Assembly (NCBI GenBank): GCA_017500855.1 | Contig: JAFVYC010000022.1 | Location: 13,020-77,019 of the forward strand | Direction of reading: 5' to 3' | Length of the DNA stretch: 64,000 nt | From: Clostridia bacterium | GTDB taxonomy: Bacteria; Bacillota; Clostridia; Christensenellales; CAG-314 | Part shown: positions 63,104 to 64,000 of the stretch, piece by piece | Numbering within the stretch: position 1 is the stretch's first letter | Layout: each line of letters begins with the position of its first letter | Position numbers and translations under genes: made by a program | The notes under the pieces: model-generated | What the model was told of the DNA's origin: nothing | Seen by the model: only the letters and a program-made list of their open reading frames with translations | Database searches by the model: none

Positions 63104-64000
63104 TTATACCTCCAAATATTCTGCATCCACGCCTTGCGACAAAAACAGATGTTTTTTGTCGGCAATTTGTTTTTTGGCAATGGCTTTGATGTCAATTTCG
63201 CCATTGCAAGTCCAAAACGGACGCTTTGTCCACAGTCTTGTGCTTGCCATGTCCCTGTCGGAAAGTCCGTAGTAGGTGTCGGAAGTGCGACCTGTGGAAA
63301 AACTGTCCCAAGTGACGTCAACGTGGTAGTAGTCCACACCGTTGAAGGAAACAAGGTTCCAAGCGTGGTACTCCTCCGAACGCTTGATTTTGCCACACAC
63401 CACTTGGCAGTCGATGCCTTGTGTGTCCAACAAACGCTTGTAGGCTTCGGCAAAACCTTGGCACACGCACTTGTGTTGGATGATGGCGCCGTAGGCACTT
63501 TGGCGATAGCTCATTTCCAGCGAATTGAGTTCTTCCCTTGTGTCGTACTCTACCGTTTTGGCAAGGTAGTTGTGCGCAACGTAGGCTTTGACGGCGTCGT
63601 TCATTGATGGGCAAAACAGTTTGTGGGAAAGTTTGGTAATTTCCTGTTGCAACTCCTTTTCCATCATGTTGAGAAGCACCTTACCAATGCGATAGGTGCA
63701 GTTGAGTTGCATACATTGCAAATTTAGCGCTTCAATGCCTGTGACCTTGCCTTCCATGTTTTGCAAGTTGGCGTAGAAGCCGTGGTAGATCATGCTGAAA
63801 TCTGCTTGGATTTGGTAGAGACTGATGTCTGCCGTGGTCACCACAAACAACCTTGGTTTGCCTGCGGAAACGCACTTGTGCAATGCTTCCTCCGCTTCCG
63901 TTGCGCTGTCCACCACCACGATTTGGTCAAGTGGAACGTCCTTGTTGGCGTAGGTCACGTGCAGTTGGCAAGCAAACAAACTGCTTCGAGCGCTGTAGCC
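63104..64000 (-). CDS. transglutaminase-like cysteine protease-fold protein, 3' part (the reading frame stays open to the window edge)
   Basis: Cys-His-Asp core: KCVCQGFAEAYKRLLDTQGIDCQVVCGKI...EYHAWNLVSFNGVDYYHVDVTWD. No in-frame stop lies between 63979 and 64000, so the true start is probably off-window. The stop sits 2 nt before the TerD gene start. Confidence 0.75.
   Translation of the reverse strand, partial: GYSARSSLFACQLHVTYANKDVPLDQIVVVDSATEAEEALHKCVSAGKPRLFVVTTADISLYQIQADFSMIYHGFYANLQNMEGKVTGIEALNLQCMQLNCTYRIGKVLLNMMEKELQQEITKLSHKLFCPSMNDAVKAYVAHNYLAKTVEYDTREELNSLEMSYRQSAYGAIIQHKCVCQGFAEAYKRLLDTQGIDCQVVCGKIKRSEEYHAWNLVSFNGVDYYHVDVTWDSFSTGRTSDTYYGLSDRDMASTRLWTKRPFWTCNGEIDIKAIAKKQIADKKHLFLSQGVDAEYLEV

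Noticed and set aside
1-64000. A classical defence island, plasmid or phage region somewhere in the window.
   Set aside because: I recognised no restriction-modification, Cas, Abi, toxin-antitoxin, integrase, transposase, portal or terminase motifs. Housekeeping genes (ribosomal proteins, proS, pyk, clpC, tRNAs) are spread across the whole segment.

Overview
This is a 64-kb chromosomal segment. Gene content suggests a Bacillota (Clostridia-like) anaerobe: FloA/NfeD, long-form HPF, archaeal-type ProRS, [FeFe]-hydrogenase, lipobox lipoproteins, strong GGAGG Shine-Dalgarno sites and many TTGACA-17-TATAAT promoters. I call 53 CDS (43 on the minus strand), 3 tRNAs (Met-Glu-Val, CCA encoded) and one cobalamin riboswitch. 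I recognised no rRNA, CRISPR, transposase, integrase or phage genes.

Gene order, left to right:
- Start of the S10 ribosomal operon (rpsJ-rplC-rplD-rplW-rplB-rpsS-rplV-rpsC').
- A 445-aa prepilin-type protein divergent from an XRE regulator.
- An oppABCDF-type peptide ABC operon whose five proteins are all much larger than usual.
- proS.
- A B12-riboswitch-controlled lipoprotein plus ECF-S-like pair.
- Assorted lipoproteins and enzymes (HAD, racemase-family, GNAT fusion, two SGNH hydrolases, FAD oxidoreductase).
- A second pilin-like gene with MORN and Sel1 repeat proteins.
- hpf-nfeD-floA.
- A small islet with atypical codon usage.
- clpC, a P-type Ca-ATPase, an [FeFe]-hydrogenase and pyk.
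- psuG, a degenerate MDR dehydrogenase, an MBL hydrolase, the tRNA cluster and mscL.
- At the right edge, a tight five-gene cluster: transglutaminase-like / Cys-rich-TerD / RanBP2-ZnF-LRR-polytopic / channel-like with RyR-like C-terminus / Cys-rich. It matches no operon I know and is my best candidate for an undescribed system.

The non-coding DNA is unusual:
- Ten intergenic gaps of 350-1230 nt.
- At least 17 copies of a CCACC-ACGG-GGTGG hairpin motif.
- A composite double-hairpin module present three times.
- Two tandem arrays of short hairpins with covarying stems.
- Two cases where a gene 3' end plus its downstream sequence is duplicated around a short insert.
- A GC-rich palindromic repeat in a MITE-like arrangement.

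Nearly every native gene carries a codon-aligned antisense shadow ORF. This implies that TTA, CTA and TCA codons are almost absent. I rejected all of these shadow ORFs.
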